Positions 20,558-31,072 of a DNA stretch of 63,574 nt are shown piece after piece. The position numbers and the translations under genes were made by a program. The notes under the pieces were generated by a model. That model was given only the letters and a program-made list of their open reading frames with translations. It searched no databases and was not told the origin of the DNA. Source of the stretch: a virus (Duplodnaviria; Caudoviricetes); IMG/VR virus record IMGVR_UViG_3300048672_000387, positions 1 to 63,574 of that record. One strand, given 5' to 3'. Each line of letters starts with the position of its first letter. Within the stretch, counting starts at the first letter, position 1.

Positions 20558-21958
20558 TTATCTTTTTATTTTTGTTTTTATCATTCCACCGTTTCTAAAC
20601 TCTAAAGGCTGTAATCCTTTTTGTTGTCTTCTAGCATTATGTTGTGCTTTTTGAGTTGGATTTAATTGATTATAATATTGTTTTTCAAAATTAGTATTAA
20701 ATGAAGCATCATTAAATACAGTTCCATCTTTAGAATTAGCCATAATCTTAGCTTGTTCCATTTGATTATTATAACCAGTTCTATTGTTAAATATATTAGT
20801 TCCTATTTGAGTAGCATTAGCAATAGCTTCATTATTATTTTTAGCTCTCCATTGGTCATATCCTAATCTATTATATTCATTTTCTTTACCAATTTCAAAA
20901 TTCATTAATTGAGATTTATTTGCATTTTCAGCTACTCTATTTTTATACTCATTCATTAATTGAGTATTAGCATTTTCCTGACCTTGCATTACTTTACCTC
21001 TAGCATTTAATTGATCAGCTCTCATTTTACCTAAATTACCTACTTGAGTTGAATATGAACCAGAACCTAATCTCAATCCTTGTTTAGCAGAATTAAATTC
21101 ATTATTTATTCCATTTAATTCAGCAGAATAATCTACCATATCAGGTCTAGGACCATTTCCTAAATAAACATTATTAAAAGCATTTGGAGCTTTAATATTA
21201 TTGTTATTTCTAATTTGACCATACATTCCAGCTAATCCAGTTAATCCAGCTCCAATTTCAGAATAATTATTAAAAGAAGTTGATTTAGGATTTATAGCAC
21301 TTTCAGCGTCTAAACTACGTTGTTTTTCATATTCGTCACCATAACCTGTACCATTACCGTTAGGTACATTATTATTCATATAAAACTTACCTTGTGGAGT
21401 TTTAGTTAATGCTTGATAAATAGCTTGATTATTATTTGATGGTACATATTGAGGGTTTTCTATAGGTAATCTATTATCTAAACTTTCTTGAGGTGTAAAT
21501 TTAATACCTCCTTTAGCAAATATATTTTTTTTCATATTTTGTTCTTGTTTTAAAGTTTCTTGTTCATTAAAAACATTATCTAATTGTTTGTTAAACAACA
21601 TTTTAGTATTTTCTAAAGCTTTAGAAGTTGGTTTATTGTCTAATTTAGATATTTTACTTTGAATAGGTTTAGCTATTTGAGCAAATGTTTTACCATTAAA
21701 TTTTAATCTATCAGAAAATATTCTAGTATTAGGCTCTAAATTTGTTTTAATTCCTCCATTTTCATGTTTTGGTCCAATTGCTTGATAATTAGTACCATCT
21801 GGAGTTTGTACAGTTTCACCACCTTCAATTTCTTCTTGAACTTTATTTCCACTAAAAGTGTTAGGTGTTATTTTAGCCATCCCTCCGTTTCCATATTTAT
21901 TAGAATATGGCACAAATTCATATTCTGGGCTATTTTGGTATTGTTTATATTTTTCCAT
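20558..21958 (-). CDS. crAss-like virion cargo protein with repeated [YF]xxGG motifs
   Basis: EEIEGGE..GPKHENGGI motif, N/Q-rich, located between the tail genes and the RNAP cluster. Confidence 0.7.
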   Translation of the reverse strand: MEKYKQYQNSPEYEFVPYSNKYGNGGMAKITPNTFSGNKVQEEIEGGETVQTPDGTNYQAIGPKHENGGIKTNLEPNTRIFSDRLKFNGKTFAQIAKPIQSKISKLDNKPTSKALENTKMLFNKQLDNVFNEQETLKQEQNMKKNIFAKGGIKFTPQESLDNRLPIENPQYVPSNNNQAIYQALTKTPQGKFYMNNNVPNGNGTGYGDEYEKQRSLDAESAINPKSTSFNNYSEIGAGLTGLAGMYGQIRNNNNIKAPNAFNNVYLGNGPRPDMVDYSAELNGINNEFNSAKQGLRLGSGSYSTQVGNLGKMRADQLNARGKVMQGQENANTQLMNEYKNRVAENANKSQLMNFEIGKENEYNRLGYDQWRAKNNNEAIANATQIGTNIFNNRTGYNNQMEQAKIMANSKDGTVFNDASFNTNFEKQYYNQLNPTQKAQHNARRQQKGLQPLEFRNGGMIKTKIKR

Positions 21959-22741
21959 TTAATAATTTATTAATAAATTTTTTACTTTTTTATTTGTTAA
22001 ATTAGCTTTAGTTAATAAATATTTAGATATTTTTAATTTTTTACTTGCTTCTTTTAAAGAATCAAAAATATAAACTAAAATATCATTTTCGTACACATAA
22101 ATATTTTTTGTTTTATTATTTTTATAAGGTTTAATATTTTCTAATTTATTTGAAAACATATAATTGTTAGTCATGTTTCTTTTTTTATTTAAAACTAAAG
22201 ACACTAACCCCATATTTAATTTTAATTCTAGGCAGCATTCAGTTAAACTTTTAAAATTTTTAATATATTCTCCTTTTAAATTATAAACAAATATTTCTTT
22301 ACTTACTAAAGACAACTCTCCTTTTTTACCATAAAAATAATTTTTTATTCCGTATTTAATTGAATTTACTCTATTTGGATATGTTTTAATATTGTATCCT
22401 CCTTTTTTTAAAATTGTTTCTTTTATCTTATCAGGATTTGATATAATATGTAATAAAGGATATGCTTTTTCACGTATATTATACCCTATAAAAGAGTTGT
22501 AACATTTAGTTTTATCTAACCAAAACTGTTCAATATTTTTTAAATCTTCTTTATTACATTCTTCTAAAACTTCAAATTTAAAATTTTCTTTACCATATTT
22601 ATTTATTGCATTTTGTAAATATTTATTACTTTTAGTTGTAGAATTAACTAAATGTTCTTTATATCTTTTGTCAATATTTACTGAGCTACCAATATAAATT
22701 TTACTATCTACTAAATTAGTTATTTTATATATTCCAATCAT
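21959..22741 (-). CDS. GIY-YIG homing endonuclease with C-terminal NUMOD1-like repeats
   Basis: MIGIYKITN..KIYIGSS..R..EH; two FxSLxE(A/C) helix-turn-helix repeats. Confidence 0.9.
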   Translation of the reverse strand: MIGIYKITNLVDSKIYIGSSVNIDKRYKEHLVNSTTKSNKYLQNAINKYGKENFKFEVLEECNKEDLKNIEQFWLDKTKCYNSFIGYNIREKAYPLLHIISNPDKIKETILKKGGYNIKTYPNRVNSIKYGIKNYFYGKKGELSLVSKEIFVYNLKGEYIKNFKSLTECCLELKLNMGLVSLVLNKKRNMTNNYMFSNKLENIKPYKNNKTKNIYVYENDILVYIFDSLKEASKKLKISKYLLTKANLTNKKVKNLLINY

Positions 22742-22743
22742 AT

Positions 22744-23310
22744 TTATTTTCTTTTTCTAAAATAACCATTTAATTCAGGAGCATCTATATAATCTTCTGT
22801 TGGATTAAAATGGTCATTATTAATAATTTTCATTCCTCCATTAGCATACATAGATTGATTATTAGTTTTAATTCCTAAAGTAGAATTATCCCCTTTACCA
22901 AATATATTTTTATAATTACCAAATTGTATTTTAGCTTGTCTAGCTTTTTCTTCAGCTATTTCTCCTTGTGATTTACCAAACATAGCATCCATAGCACCAG
23001 TACTTTCTAAAATTCCTCCTGCTAAAGGACCAGTTAATGTTCCTACAATTCCTCTACCTACATCTCCATTAGCTATTCTATCAAAATTAGCAGCAGGATT
23101 TAAATAGGATAAATTCTTATCAAATTGAGTTTTATAATTACCGTATTCATTCATTACTGAATCATTATACATTCCACCAATATTTAAACCAGCAGATATA
23201 GCAGTACCATAACCAGGTATCATTGAAGCTCCTGTAGAACCTACTTGAGCACCCATTCCATATTTAGGAATTTTACCTCCTAATTTATATTTATTTATTT
23301 TATTTTTCAT
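22744..23310 (-). CDS. Gly-rich virion cargo protein with [YF]xxGG motifs
   Basis: YKLGG and YANGG motifs; Gly-rich hydrophobic segments. Confidence 0.6.
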   Translation of the reverse strand: MKNKINKYKLGGKIPKYGMGAQVGSTGASMIPGYGTAISAGLNIGGMYNDSVMNEYGNYKTQFDKNLSYLNPAANFDRIANGDVGRGIVGTLTGPLAGGILESTGAMDAMFGKSQGEIAEEKARQAKIQFGNYKNIFGKGDNSTLGIKTNNQSMYANGGMKIINNDHFNPTEDYIDAPELNGYFRKRK

Positions 23311-23693
23311 TTTAAATTCCTCAATTTATACAAAGTACTAAATATTAATGTTTTAACTTCATCTAATTGATTTTGTAAATCAGAATAAGGTGCAGCTAAT
23401 CTACTTTGTTCTACAAAAGTAGCTAATTTAATTAAATAATTTACTGGTGTAGAATCATTTAATGTTGGAGCCGGTATTTCTATACTATTATTTTCCCAAG
23501 CAAATGTTTCAAATATTGTATCAGCTAAATCTCCTATTGAATTATAAAACTTTTCAAGAGCTTTATGTTCAGCATAAGATTTAGATTTTAAATGAAATTT
23601 ATGTATAATAGTTACAGACTCAAGTAATTCTGAAACTACTTGAGGTATTGTGTATTTAGGTATTGATGGTTTTATTTTATCTTTTAAATTCAT
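23307..23693 (-). CDS. Ferritin/Dps-like four-helix protein (DUF5856-like)
   Basis: HKFHLKSKSYAEHKALEKFY..LAD..E motif; C-terminal LQNQLDE..TLYKL. Confidence 0.8.
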   Translation of the reverse strand: MNLKDKIKPSIPKYTIPQVVSELLESVTIIHKFHLKSKSYAEHKALEKFYNSIGDLADTIFETFAWENNSIEIPAPTLNDSTPVNYLIKLATFVEQSRLAAPYSDLQNQLDEVKTLIFSTLYKLRNLK

Positions 23694-26600
23694 TATCTGT
23701 TATTTTTTATAAATGTTGATGTTACTTCTAATAAAGAAAGTTTAATTCTTTTAAATCTATCTATTGTAGTAAGTTCTACTCCTCCTTCTATTGTTACTTT
23801 ATTAATTAATTTAATATAATAATAATTATCGTCTTCTTTATACACAATTCCTCTAGAATTAAAATCAATAGATATAATATATAAATTAAGAATATCGTTA
23901 ATATTTAAAGTATTTAATTTAGTTATTTTAATATAATAATCAAAAGGAGCATTTACATTAACTTGAGAAACTAAAGTTCCTCCTTGTACTGGTAAAGTTT
24001 CTAATTTATAATTATTATAATTAAATCTTACTGTTAACCAATTATCTACCATTCTTTTAAGTTTAGAAAAATGTTTATTTGGATTTACAGAATTTAAAAA
24101 TAAATAAATAGCATCTGTAAATATATTAGTTCCGTTATTAAACCAATCTCTAAAATTATTAATTGACCAATATCCTTCTATATTTCTAGCATTTGTTTTA
24201 TTAACAATATTAATTTGTTTAGATAGTTGATAACTATTATAAGTTTGGTAATTATCAAATGTTTCTAAATATTCTTGAGATGATAAATTATCTTTAAATA
24301 AACTAGCTTTAGTTTTAAATTGAATAGATTTCCATTCTTTTACGTCATCAGGAGCTTCATTAAATACAGCTTCAATAGTTGAACCATTTACAGACCATTC
24401 ATAGAATATAGGAATAGTTATTTCATTATGTTTATATAATTTATTTATTATTCCTCCAGTAGCTTCATCTCTAGCTACAGAATATACTGAATCATTTGAA
24501 TTAAATAAAATAGATGGATTATAAGTTAATAAAGAACCCCAAGCTTTGTATTCAGGATAATAAGATATAGTCCAATAAATAGGATTAAAATAAGTTCTAT
24601 TACTGTAAGATATAGGTTCATAATAATCTCCAGTCCATTTTTTAAGTTGATTATCTACAAAATAAATTTTATTAATTGTAGGTTCAACAGGTATTCCATC
24701 AAAAAGAGTAAATAAATCATTTGTAAAAATTAAATCTGTTTTATTTAATATAACTCTTTTATATTGAGCATCATATACAGATTTTAATCCTAAAAATAAA
24801 GAATCTAATCCTTCAATTGGTATTGATTCTTCATCAAATAATTTAATCCAATAGTTAATATCAGTAGGTATATGTTCACTTGTAGTGTTTATACATTTAT
24901 AATAAGCATTAGAATATTTAACTATATCTCCAATATTATTAACATTACCGTAAACAAAAGGTAAATAATAATCATTAAATAATTTTTTTAACTGTTCATA
25001 AAATTTAAATTTTAATTCATCTCTAAAAAAATAAAACATATCAGCAGCTGATATTTCTTCTAAATCTCCTTGTTTATCATTTACTCTTAAAAATATTTTA
25101 CCTCTATTTATATCAGCATAAAATATTCCATAAGGGGTAACTGTAATAGCTTTTTGAGATACAGATCCTGCATACCCTCCATCAACAGTTAATATATCTT
25201 TAGGATAAACAGCAAATATATCTCCAGCTCCTACATAAGATTCAGCAGATTCTGTTAATATTCTTTCCCTACCTAAAGTTTCTTTATAAGTATTTTCAAA
25301 AAATATAGATAATTTATTAAAAGCTCCTTTTAATGACCATATATCACCTTTATCTTTAGATAAATCTAAATAGTCATTAGGTAAAACAACTCTATAATTA
25401 TCATAAATAGATTCATTATTATCTTTACCTGTTCTAATTATCCTGGTAGGAAATTCACTATTTTCTGTTTTAGGAATCATTTCAGCTATTATAGGCTGAT
25501 GTAAATCATTAACAGATGAATAAGCTTTATTATAATTATAATAATTAGCTTCTCCATTGGGAACAAGTGGATTTAAAGATAAATCGTAAGCACTAGTAAA
25601 TGGAAAATAAGTATCATAAGTTGATGTTCCATTATTTCTATAATTAATATTAGAAACAGATTGACATATAAAATAATGAAGAAACTTTAATTCAAAAGTT
25701 AACCATTTCCATTCATAAGTCATTTTTTCATTCCAAACACCGGCAATATCTGAAGCAGATACATACCCATAATAATTACTAAAAGTATCTCCTCCCCATA
25801 TATCATTAGTTTGATTAGTTATTATTTCTGAATTACCAGCAAATACTAATTCTTGAGAATCAAAATTACTATAAATATCTGATTTAAAGACACATAAATT
25901 AACAAGGTATATTTCAGAAGGAGTTGTTTCTAAATTATTATTAGTTAAATCAGCTAATCTACCTTCAGTTATATCTTGATTATATTCAAAAGTAACTTGA
26001 GGAGAAGAAGGATCATCTAATTTATTTTCTAATTCCATCAATACTACTTTATCAGCTCTATAATGATAAATACTTTTAGAAGTTCTATATTGAGCTGAAT
26101 TATTTAAAACATAAGGATATTGGGCATTAGTTGTTAAATCTTCAGCAGTAGTAGGGTAACTAGGTACAGATTCTATATAATTAGAAACTTTAATTTTTCT
26201 ATTAAATATATTTAAATTAACAGGATTAATATCTACTCCAGCCGGAGCATTGTCTAACACCCATTTATGCCTACAAGAAACAGATGGATTTGTAACTCTA
26301 CCAGGATTTGAATTTCCTGTATCAGATACAAATTCATAAGTATTAGATATATTGTATAATACATTAATATAATCTGGTTGTCTATAAGTATCAGTTGAAA
26401 CTATATCAAATGGAGAGCTTCTAATAAATTTTTTATTAGGTTTAATTTGCAATATGTCCCCTGGGCCTCCTGCAACTTGACTATTTTGATTGTATATATT
26501 TATATTACCTCCTAAATGAGTTGTAATATTAGATATTTCTTGACTTGTATTTTGATTCCATAAATAACCATCATGTAAAGCTATAGATTGCCCAAGTATA

Positions 26601-28384
26601 GTTTTATTATTTTGAGTTCTTTTAGCGTAATAAATATTAATAGATTTAATTTTACCTACAAATTGAGTAGGTATAACTATATTAGATAGATTTAAATATA
26701 AAATATTAGTTTCAGCATAATCATTTGATGTTATTCCTCCTAATTTATTATGAAAAAATTCAGGAGTACCTGTTACATTTGGTGACTTAGATGCATGAGG
26801 AAATTTATGGTGTCTAACATTTTCCGATTGTATGTTATTTGTTGTTGTACCATTTTCATCTTTAACAAGCCAATTACTAGTATTTGTGTATGTTTCGTTT
26901 TCATTTTCCCAATAACCCATTTTATTATTAGAAGGATTTCCTTTATCTACAATATAACCAGTAGGGAAAGCATGAAATAATTTAGCATTATTATTTACTC
27001 TATACATTTCTCCACCTGGAGTTACATCATTTATTCCTCCTCCTGTAACAATATTACCATTGCCATCAGTTCCCCAAAGCCAATCATTAGATCCTCCAAA
27101 TGTTGTACCAATACAAGGTGCGTTTTCCATTCTAGTTAGTCCACTTCCTCCTTTAGTAGCCATAGTAAATTCTTCAGCTCTTCTCCCAGGTATATGATAA
27201 GCTTTAGTTTCATAAGAACCAAATTCATCTTCTATATTAAATGAAGCATACATAGCATATACTTCACCATACATAAATCCTTTTTTATTATAAATCTGTA
27301 TTTCATTTCTATAATCAGTTCCCCAAAAAGATTGTGTATCCATTTTTTCAGAACCTGGATTTACTCTAATATTATTTATATAAGGTTGAAAATCAAATAC
27401 TTCTCTATCTTTTAAATTACCCCAATACATTACTGAATCTAATTGAGTAACTGTTTTAGCTGTTTTATAATTAGGAGAAGGTATAAGAATAGCATCTAAA
27501 GGTACAGTAGATAAATTATCTAAATTATTAATAGTTATTGTAGTTGGAGTTGATATTATTTTATATCCACAATCATATACTACATAAACTGATTCAGCTT
27601 TATAAACTAAATATAAATGAATATAAGAATATCTAGGATCTGGATTTTCTATTTTTAATTGAATAGATTTACCGCTAATTGTATTAGGTGCAGCTCCATC
27701 ATATTGATTTCCTAAAGCACTACCATCACCTATTGAAATAACAGATGAATTAAATATTACATTAGTATCATTATAATTATTATCTGCATATTTATAAACA
27801 GGAATGTACACACCAGTAGGTAAAGAACCTCCAGATAATACTTGGTTTAATAATACAGGTTTAGATTCTGTTGGTGGAAAATATAATAATTTATCTATTT
27901 CAGATGTTAAAAGAGTAGGTAAAACTGTTACTTGAGGATTGGTTAAATTTAACCATCTTTGACCATTTTTAAAATCAGTCCAGTAAATAATAGTTTCTCC
28001 TTTATTGTTTATTTTAGAAGTTCCTTCAATTGGAAATTTTTCATCACAATTAAATAAACCTCTAAGAACAGGTTTGTATATTTTGTTATTTAATATTCCT
28101 ATTTCAGTAAATCCTGGAGTAGGTCCTTCATCTGTATAATTACTAAATAAACAAATAGAATTATCCGGAAGTAATATAGAGCCTATACAAGTTTTATCTA
28201 CTTCATACAATACACCAGTTTCTCCAACTATAGAAGGATATTCTACTAATACATCAAAACCATCTTCAGTAGTATTACTACCAAATTCATAATTAATATT
28301 CATGTTAATTATTAATCTTGAACTAGAAGGTGGTTGATTCTTAGGGTCAGAATTTCTATGTAATTTTAATATTTTCATTACCAA
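23693..28384 (-). CDS. Tail stabilisation/muzzle protein (P22 gp10-like, crAss)
   Basis: 1563 aa, beta-rich, with IYWTD, GGDTF and YAGSVS..TPYGIFYAD segments. Follows the tail tubular gene in crAss synteny. Confidence 0.8.
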   Translation of the reverse strand: MVMKILKLHRNSDPKNQPPSSSRLIINMNINYEFGSNTTEDGFDVLVEYPSIVGETGVLYEVDKTCIGSILLPDNSICLFSNYTDEGPTPGFTEIGILNNKIYKPVLRGLFNCDEKFPIEGTSKINNKGETIIYWTDFKNGQRWLNLTNPQVTVLPTLLTSEIDKLLYFPPTESKPVLLNQVLSGGSLPTGVYIPVYKYADNNYNDTNVIFNSSVISIGDGSALGNQYDGAAPNTISGKSIQLKIENPDPRYSYIHLYLVYKAESVYVVYDCGYKIISTPTTITINNLDNLSTVPLDAILIPSPNYKTAKTVTQLDSVMYWGNLKDREVFDFQPYINNIRVNPGSEKMDTQSFWGTDYRNEIQIYNKKGFMYGEVYAMYASFNIEDEFGSYETKAYHIPGRRAEEFTMATKGGSGLTRMENAPCIGTTFGGSNDWLWGTDGNGNIVTGGGINDVTPGGEMYRVNNNAKLFHAFPTGYIVDKGNPSNNKMGYWENENETYTNTSNWLVKDENGTTTNNIQSENVRHHKFPHASKSPNVTGTPEFFHNKLGGITSNDYAETNILYLNLSNIVIPTQFVGKIKSINIYYAKRTQNNKTILGQSIALHDGYLWNQNTSQEISNITTHLGGNINIYNQNSQVAGGPGDILQIKPNKKFIRSSPFDIVSTDTYRQPDYINVLYNISNTYEFVSDTGNSNPGRVTNPSVSCRHKWVLDNAPAGVDINPVNLNIFNRKIKVSNYIESVPSYPTTAEDLTTNAQYPYVLNNSAQYRTSKSIYHYRADKVVLMELENKLDDPSSPQVTFEYNQDITEGRLADLTNNNLETTPSEIYLVNLCVFKSDIYSNFDSQELVFAGNSEIITNQTNDIWGGDTFSNYYGYVSASDIAGVWNEKMTYEWKWLTFELKFLHYFICQSVSNINYRNNGTSTYDTYFPFTSAYDLSLNPLVPNGEANYYNYNKAYSSVNDLHQPIIAEMIPKTENSEFPTRIIRTGKDNNESIYDNYRVVLPNDYLDLSKDKGDIWSLKGAFNKLSIFFENTYKETLGRERILTESAESYVGAGDIFAVYPKDILTVDGGYAGSVSQKAITVTPYGIFYADINRGKIFLRVNDKQGDLEEISAADMFYFFRDELKFKFYEQLKKLFNDYYLPFVYGNVNNIGDIVKYSNAYYKCINTTSEHIPTDINYWIKLFDEESIPIEGLDSLFLGLKSVYDAQYKRVILNKTDLIFTNDLFTLFDGIPVEPTINKIYFVDNQLKKWTGDYYEPISYSNRTYFNPIYWTISYYPEYKAWGSLLTYNPSILFNSNDSVYSVARDEATGGIINKLYKHNEITIPIFYEWSVNGSTIEAVFNEAPDDVKEWKSIQFKTKASLFKDNLSSQEYLETFDNYQTYNSYQLSKQINIVNKTNARNIEGYWSINNFRDWFNNGTNIFTDAIYLFLNSVNPNKHFSKLKRMVDNWLTVRFNYNNYKLETLPVQGGTLVSQVNVNAPFDYYIKITKLNTLNINDILNLYIISIDFNSRGIVYKEDDNYYYIKLINKVTIEGGVELTTIDRFKRIKLSLLEVTSTFIKNNR

Positions 28385-29094
28385 ATAAAGTTGTTTTTAG
28401 GGTAGTTAATATCTTCAGGGTTGTTATCTACATTAAAGTTTTCAAGAGGATGAATGTTTGGAACCAATCTTCTCCATCTATTCATAAATTCTTCAGTTTT
28501 AGGTAAATCCATTAATTTAGATTCAGCTTCTGCTTGTGAACAATATTTTAACCATTGTGAATATACAAATTGAAAATTAATTTGTTTGTTAGGATGTTCA
28601 AATCCTCTCATTTCCATTTTATAAAGTATATACCAAAACAATGCTTCTTTAAAAGAATAAACATCAGGTATTTTAGGATAACCATTTTCGTCAGTTGGAA
28701 ATCCTTTATAATGAAAATAAATACATTCTCCAGTTGGAACATTAGTTTTTAACCAGCCTCCACTTATGTGATAACTGTATAAACCATTAACTTCTAATTT
28801 ATCATCAAAAGCTTGATTGCCATAATCGTATGTTTGTGAAGAAGTTGGAAGTAATTGACCATTGTAAGTTACCATGTTTAAAAAAAATAAATCATTAGGT
28901 AAACATACTCTATTGTCTTTTACAGTTCCTTTGTGTGTTTTTATTTCTAATTCGGATGAACCTATTCCTTCAAGAGCTTCACCAATCCATTCAACCATAT
29001 CAGTTAAATAATCAGTTTCTTGAGCTATAGTAAATCCTAAATCTCTAAAGACTTTATTTAATATTACGTTGCAGCTTACTAAGTTGTATATCAT
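28378..29094 (-). CDS. Tail tubular/ring protein (likely start MIYNLVS at 29094)
   Basis: ILNKVFRDLG, EWIGEAL and DENGYPKIPD..EALFWYI motifs; crAss synteny. Confidence 0.8.
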   Translation of the reverse strand: MIYNLVSCNVILNKVFRDLGFTIAQETDYLTDMVEWIGEALEGIGSSELEIKTHKGTVKDNRVCLPNDLFFLNMVTYNGQLLPTSSQTYDYGNQAFDDKLEVNGLYSYHISGGWLKTNVPTGECIYFHYKGFPTDENGYPKIPDVYSFKEALFWYILYKMEMRGFEHPNKQINFQFVYSQWLKYCSQAEAESKLMDLPKTEEFMNRWRRLVPNIHPLENFNVDNNPEDINYPKNNFIW

Positions 29095-29587
29095 ATTCTG
29101 GAAAATTAAGATAATATAATTCATTATCTTTCAGCAAAGATACTATTTTATTTTTATTTCCAGACTTACATTTTGTACCATTTGTACGAGAAGCTTCAAA
29201 TTTTAAGAATTTTAACCATTTAGCTCTTTTATTAGCAGGTGGTCTTAACCATTTAACTCCAACATTCCATGTATTAAGGTAATACACAAAGTTTTTATTT
29301 TTAGTAGTTGGATCATCTTCCCACAATTTTCTAGTTTCTTTCCAATTAACAGCATATAAAATTTTACCTTTATCATTAACTGCTTGTTTTTTCATTCTAA
29401 AATATTGCATTTGACCAAATCCAGGAATTAACTCTATTCTATTTCCATTACCTAATTGCATATAATCAAACATTTTTTGATTAGTTTGAAAACATACTTT
29501 TCTAAAAACAGTAAGTGAAACAGGATTTTCTACAGTTAATTTATAACTATCGTAAATTTCCGTTAGGTTGAGAGTTGTTATTTTCAT
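29054..29587 (-). CDS. IHF/HU-like protein of the crAss tail module
   Basis: ELIPGFGQM and VNWKETRKLW motifs; position directly upstream of the tail tubular gene. Confidence 0.65.
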   Translation of the reverse strand: MKITTLNLTEIYDSYKLTVENPVSLTVFRKVCFQTNQKMFDYMQLGNGNRIELIPGFGQMQYFRMKKQAVNDKGKILYAVNWKETRKLWEDDPTTKNKNFVYYLNTWNVGVKWLRPPANKRAKWLKFLKFEASRTNGTKCKSGNKNKIVSLLKDNELYYLNFPEYDIQLSKLQRNIK

Positions 29588-30215
29588 CTGGAGCTGTTTT
29601 TAACATATAATTCATTTCTTTACTAAGAATTAATTCTGTAAGTGGTTGAACCATATCTGCCGGTAATGGATAATTACTATCAGCAGTATAACAAGCTTCA
29701 CCATCACATAAAAAACTATTAGCTTCTTCTGGATTTTCTATAATAGCTCTAACATTTAAATTTGTAAGTTCAAGAGTATTAGGTACATATATGTAACCAT
29801 TTAAATAATATACTCTAGGAATTGCAGCTGTATATTTACTATATTTAATATAAGGACTTCTTTGAGGAAGAATAACATCTAAAGTAGTTTGTTTATCAAC
29901 AGCATTAACTATTATAGCTACTTTTGTTTTTAATCTTATAGGTTTAGGTAATTTAATTTCAGTTCTAAGAATATCACAATCTAAATCTATTTCACAACAT
30001 TCTGCTTTATCAACTTTAATTAATTTAATACAACCAAGATCTTGATAATAATCTGGATTAATATCCCAATTTTCATTAGCATCTCTACGAATAAGCATAG
30101 CTCTAACATACTTTACCATAAAAGCTACTTGATTGTAACTTGGTATAAAGTCATCAGATAATCTCCCCCCAGAATGTGTGTTGAGAATATTGTAAACTAT
30201 TTCTTTTTCAGTCAT
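29547..30215 (-). CDS. Tail ring/neck protein (conserved crAss structural gene)
   Basis: RAMLIRRD, QDLGCIKL, YLNGYIY and YPLPADMV motifs; synteny. Confidence 0.7.
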   Translation of the reverse strand: MTEKEIVYNILNTHSGGRLSDDFIPSYNQVAFMVKYVRAMLIRRDANENWDINPDYYQDLGCIKLIKVDKAECCEIDLDCDILRTEIKLPKPIRLKTKVAIIVNAVDKQTTLDVILPQRSPYIKYSKYTAAIPRVYYLNGYIYVPNTLELTNLNVRAIIENPEEANSFLCDGEACYTADSNYPLPADMVQPLTELILSKEMNYMLKTAPDENNNSQPNGNLR

Positions 30216-30376
30216 TATTGTTTTAATTTAATACCTGCTATTGCAGCACCAGCACCTATAACTGCTAAAAAAGCAGTACTATCAATTTTTGTTTGATAAA
30301 ACATTACACTACCTATTACAATTACACCTAATCCCATTAAGGTAGTTTCCCAGTTTTTTATAAATCTATTGTACAT
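30215..30376 (-). CDS. Putative holin (53 aa, two TM segments; absent from the ORF track)
   Basis: MYNRFIKNWETTLMGLGVIVIGSVMFYQTKIDSTAFLAVIGAGAAIAGIKLKQ; overlaps both neighbours; inside the lysis cassette. Confidence 0.65.
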   Translation of the reverse strand: MYNRFIKNWETTLMGLGVIVIGSVMFYQTKIDSTAFLAVIGAGAAIAGIKLKQ

Positions 30377-30611
30377 TTTTTATTTTAGTTTCTTCTGGTT
30401 TAACAAATAACATAGTTTCATGCTTTGATAACATTGCATCTTGTTCTATGTTTTTAATTTTAATATATTCAATATCTTTTTTAGAATCACCTGTAACTTC
30501 TATAAGTTTAGTCATTTGATTACTAATATTAAATTGGATTGCTATACAAATAGAAGCTAAAGCTCCTAAAGCCCATTTAAATAAAGTGTCTTTGTCTTGT
30601 GTGTATGCCAT
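30366..30611 (-). CDS. Single-TM coiled-coil membrane protein (lysis-associated)
   Basis: N-terminal TM (LFKWALGALASICIAI) followed by a coiled coil. Confidence 0.55.
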   Translation of the reverse strand: MAYTQDKDTLFKWALGALASICIAIQFNISNQMTKLIEVTGDSKKDIEYIKIKNIEQDAMLSKHETMLFVKPEETKIKNVQ

Positions 30612-31072
30612 TATTTTTTAATTAATTTTATAATTAGGAATGACAAAAATAATATAATAGCTATAATAATCAAAGTCTTATTGTATTCTGGCTCAACAAT
30701 TTCATTAATAAATTGAGGAGGACAGTTACAAGGTACACTATCTTTAATATGTACAGGTACTTCAACTTTATATGGTTTTTTAATAACTTTAGTTTTTAAA
30801 TTACCCAAAGAATCAAGTTGTTGTGTTATATTTAATAAACTATCTTCATACACATTAGCAGTTGAATCTTTAGCTTGTTGATACCATTTATTATATTTAA
30901 TAATTTGATCAAATGTATCTCCTATGATATTAATCACAATATTTGTATCTTTATAATAAGGTACATATTTAGTTGTTGAATCTAAAAGCTTAGGATTTTT
31001 CTTTATTGCCTGTTTTAAATGCCAAGAAGCTGAACAACTTGTTAATAGTAAAAGTAATATTAAATATCTCAT
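30611..31072 (-). CDS. Putative unimolecular spanin
   Basis: Lipoprotein signal (LLLLLTSC) plus C-terminal TM helix; adjacent to the endolysin candidate. Confidence 0.65.
   Translation of the reverse strand: MRYLILLLLLTSCSASWHLKQAIKKNPKLLDSTTKYVPYYKDTNIVINIIGDTFDQIIKYNKWYQQAKDSTANVYEDSLLNITQQLDSLGNLKTKVIKKPYKVEVPVHIKDSVPCNCPPQFINEIVEPEYNKTLIIIAIILFLSFLIIKLIKK

Noticed and set aside
21959-22741. Group I intron around the GIY-YIG gene
   Set aside because: The ORF abuts its neighbours within 0-2 nt, leaving no room for intron core RNA; treated as free-standing.
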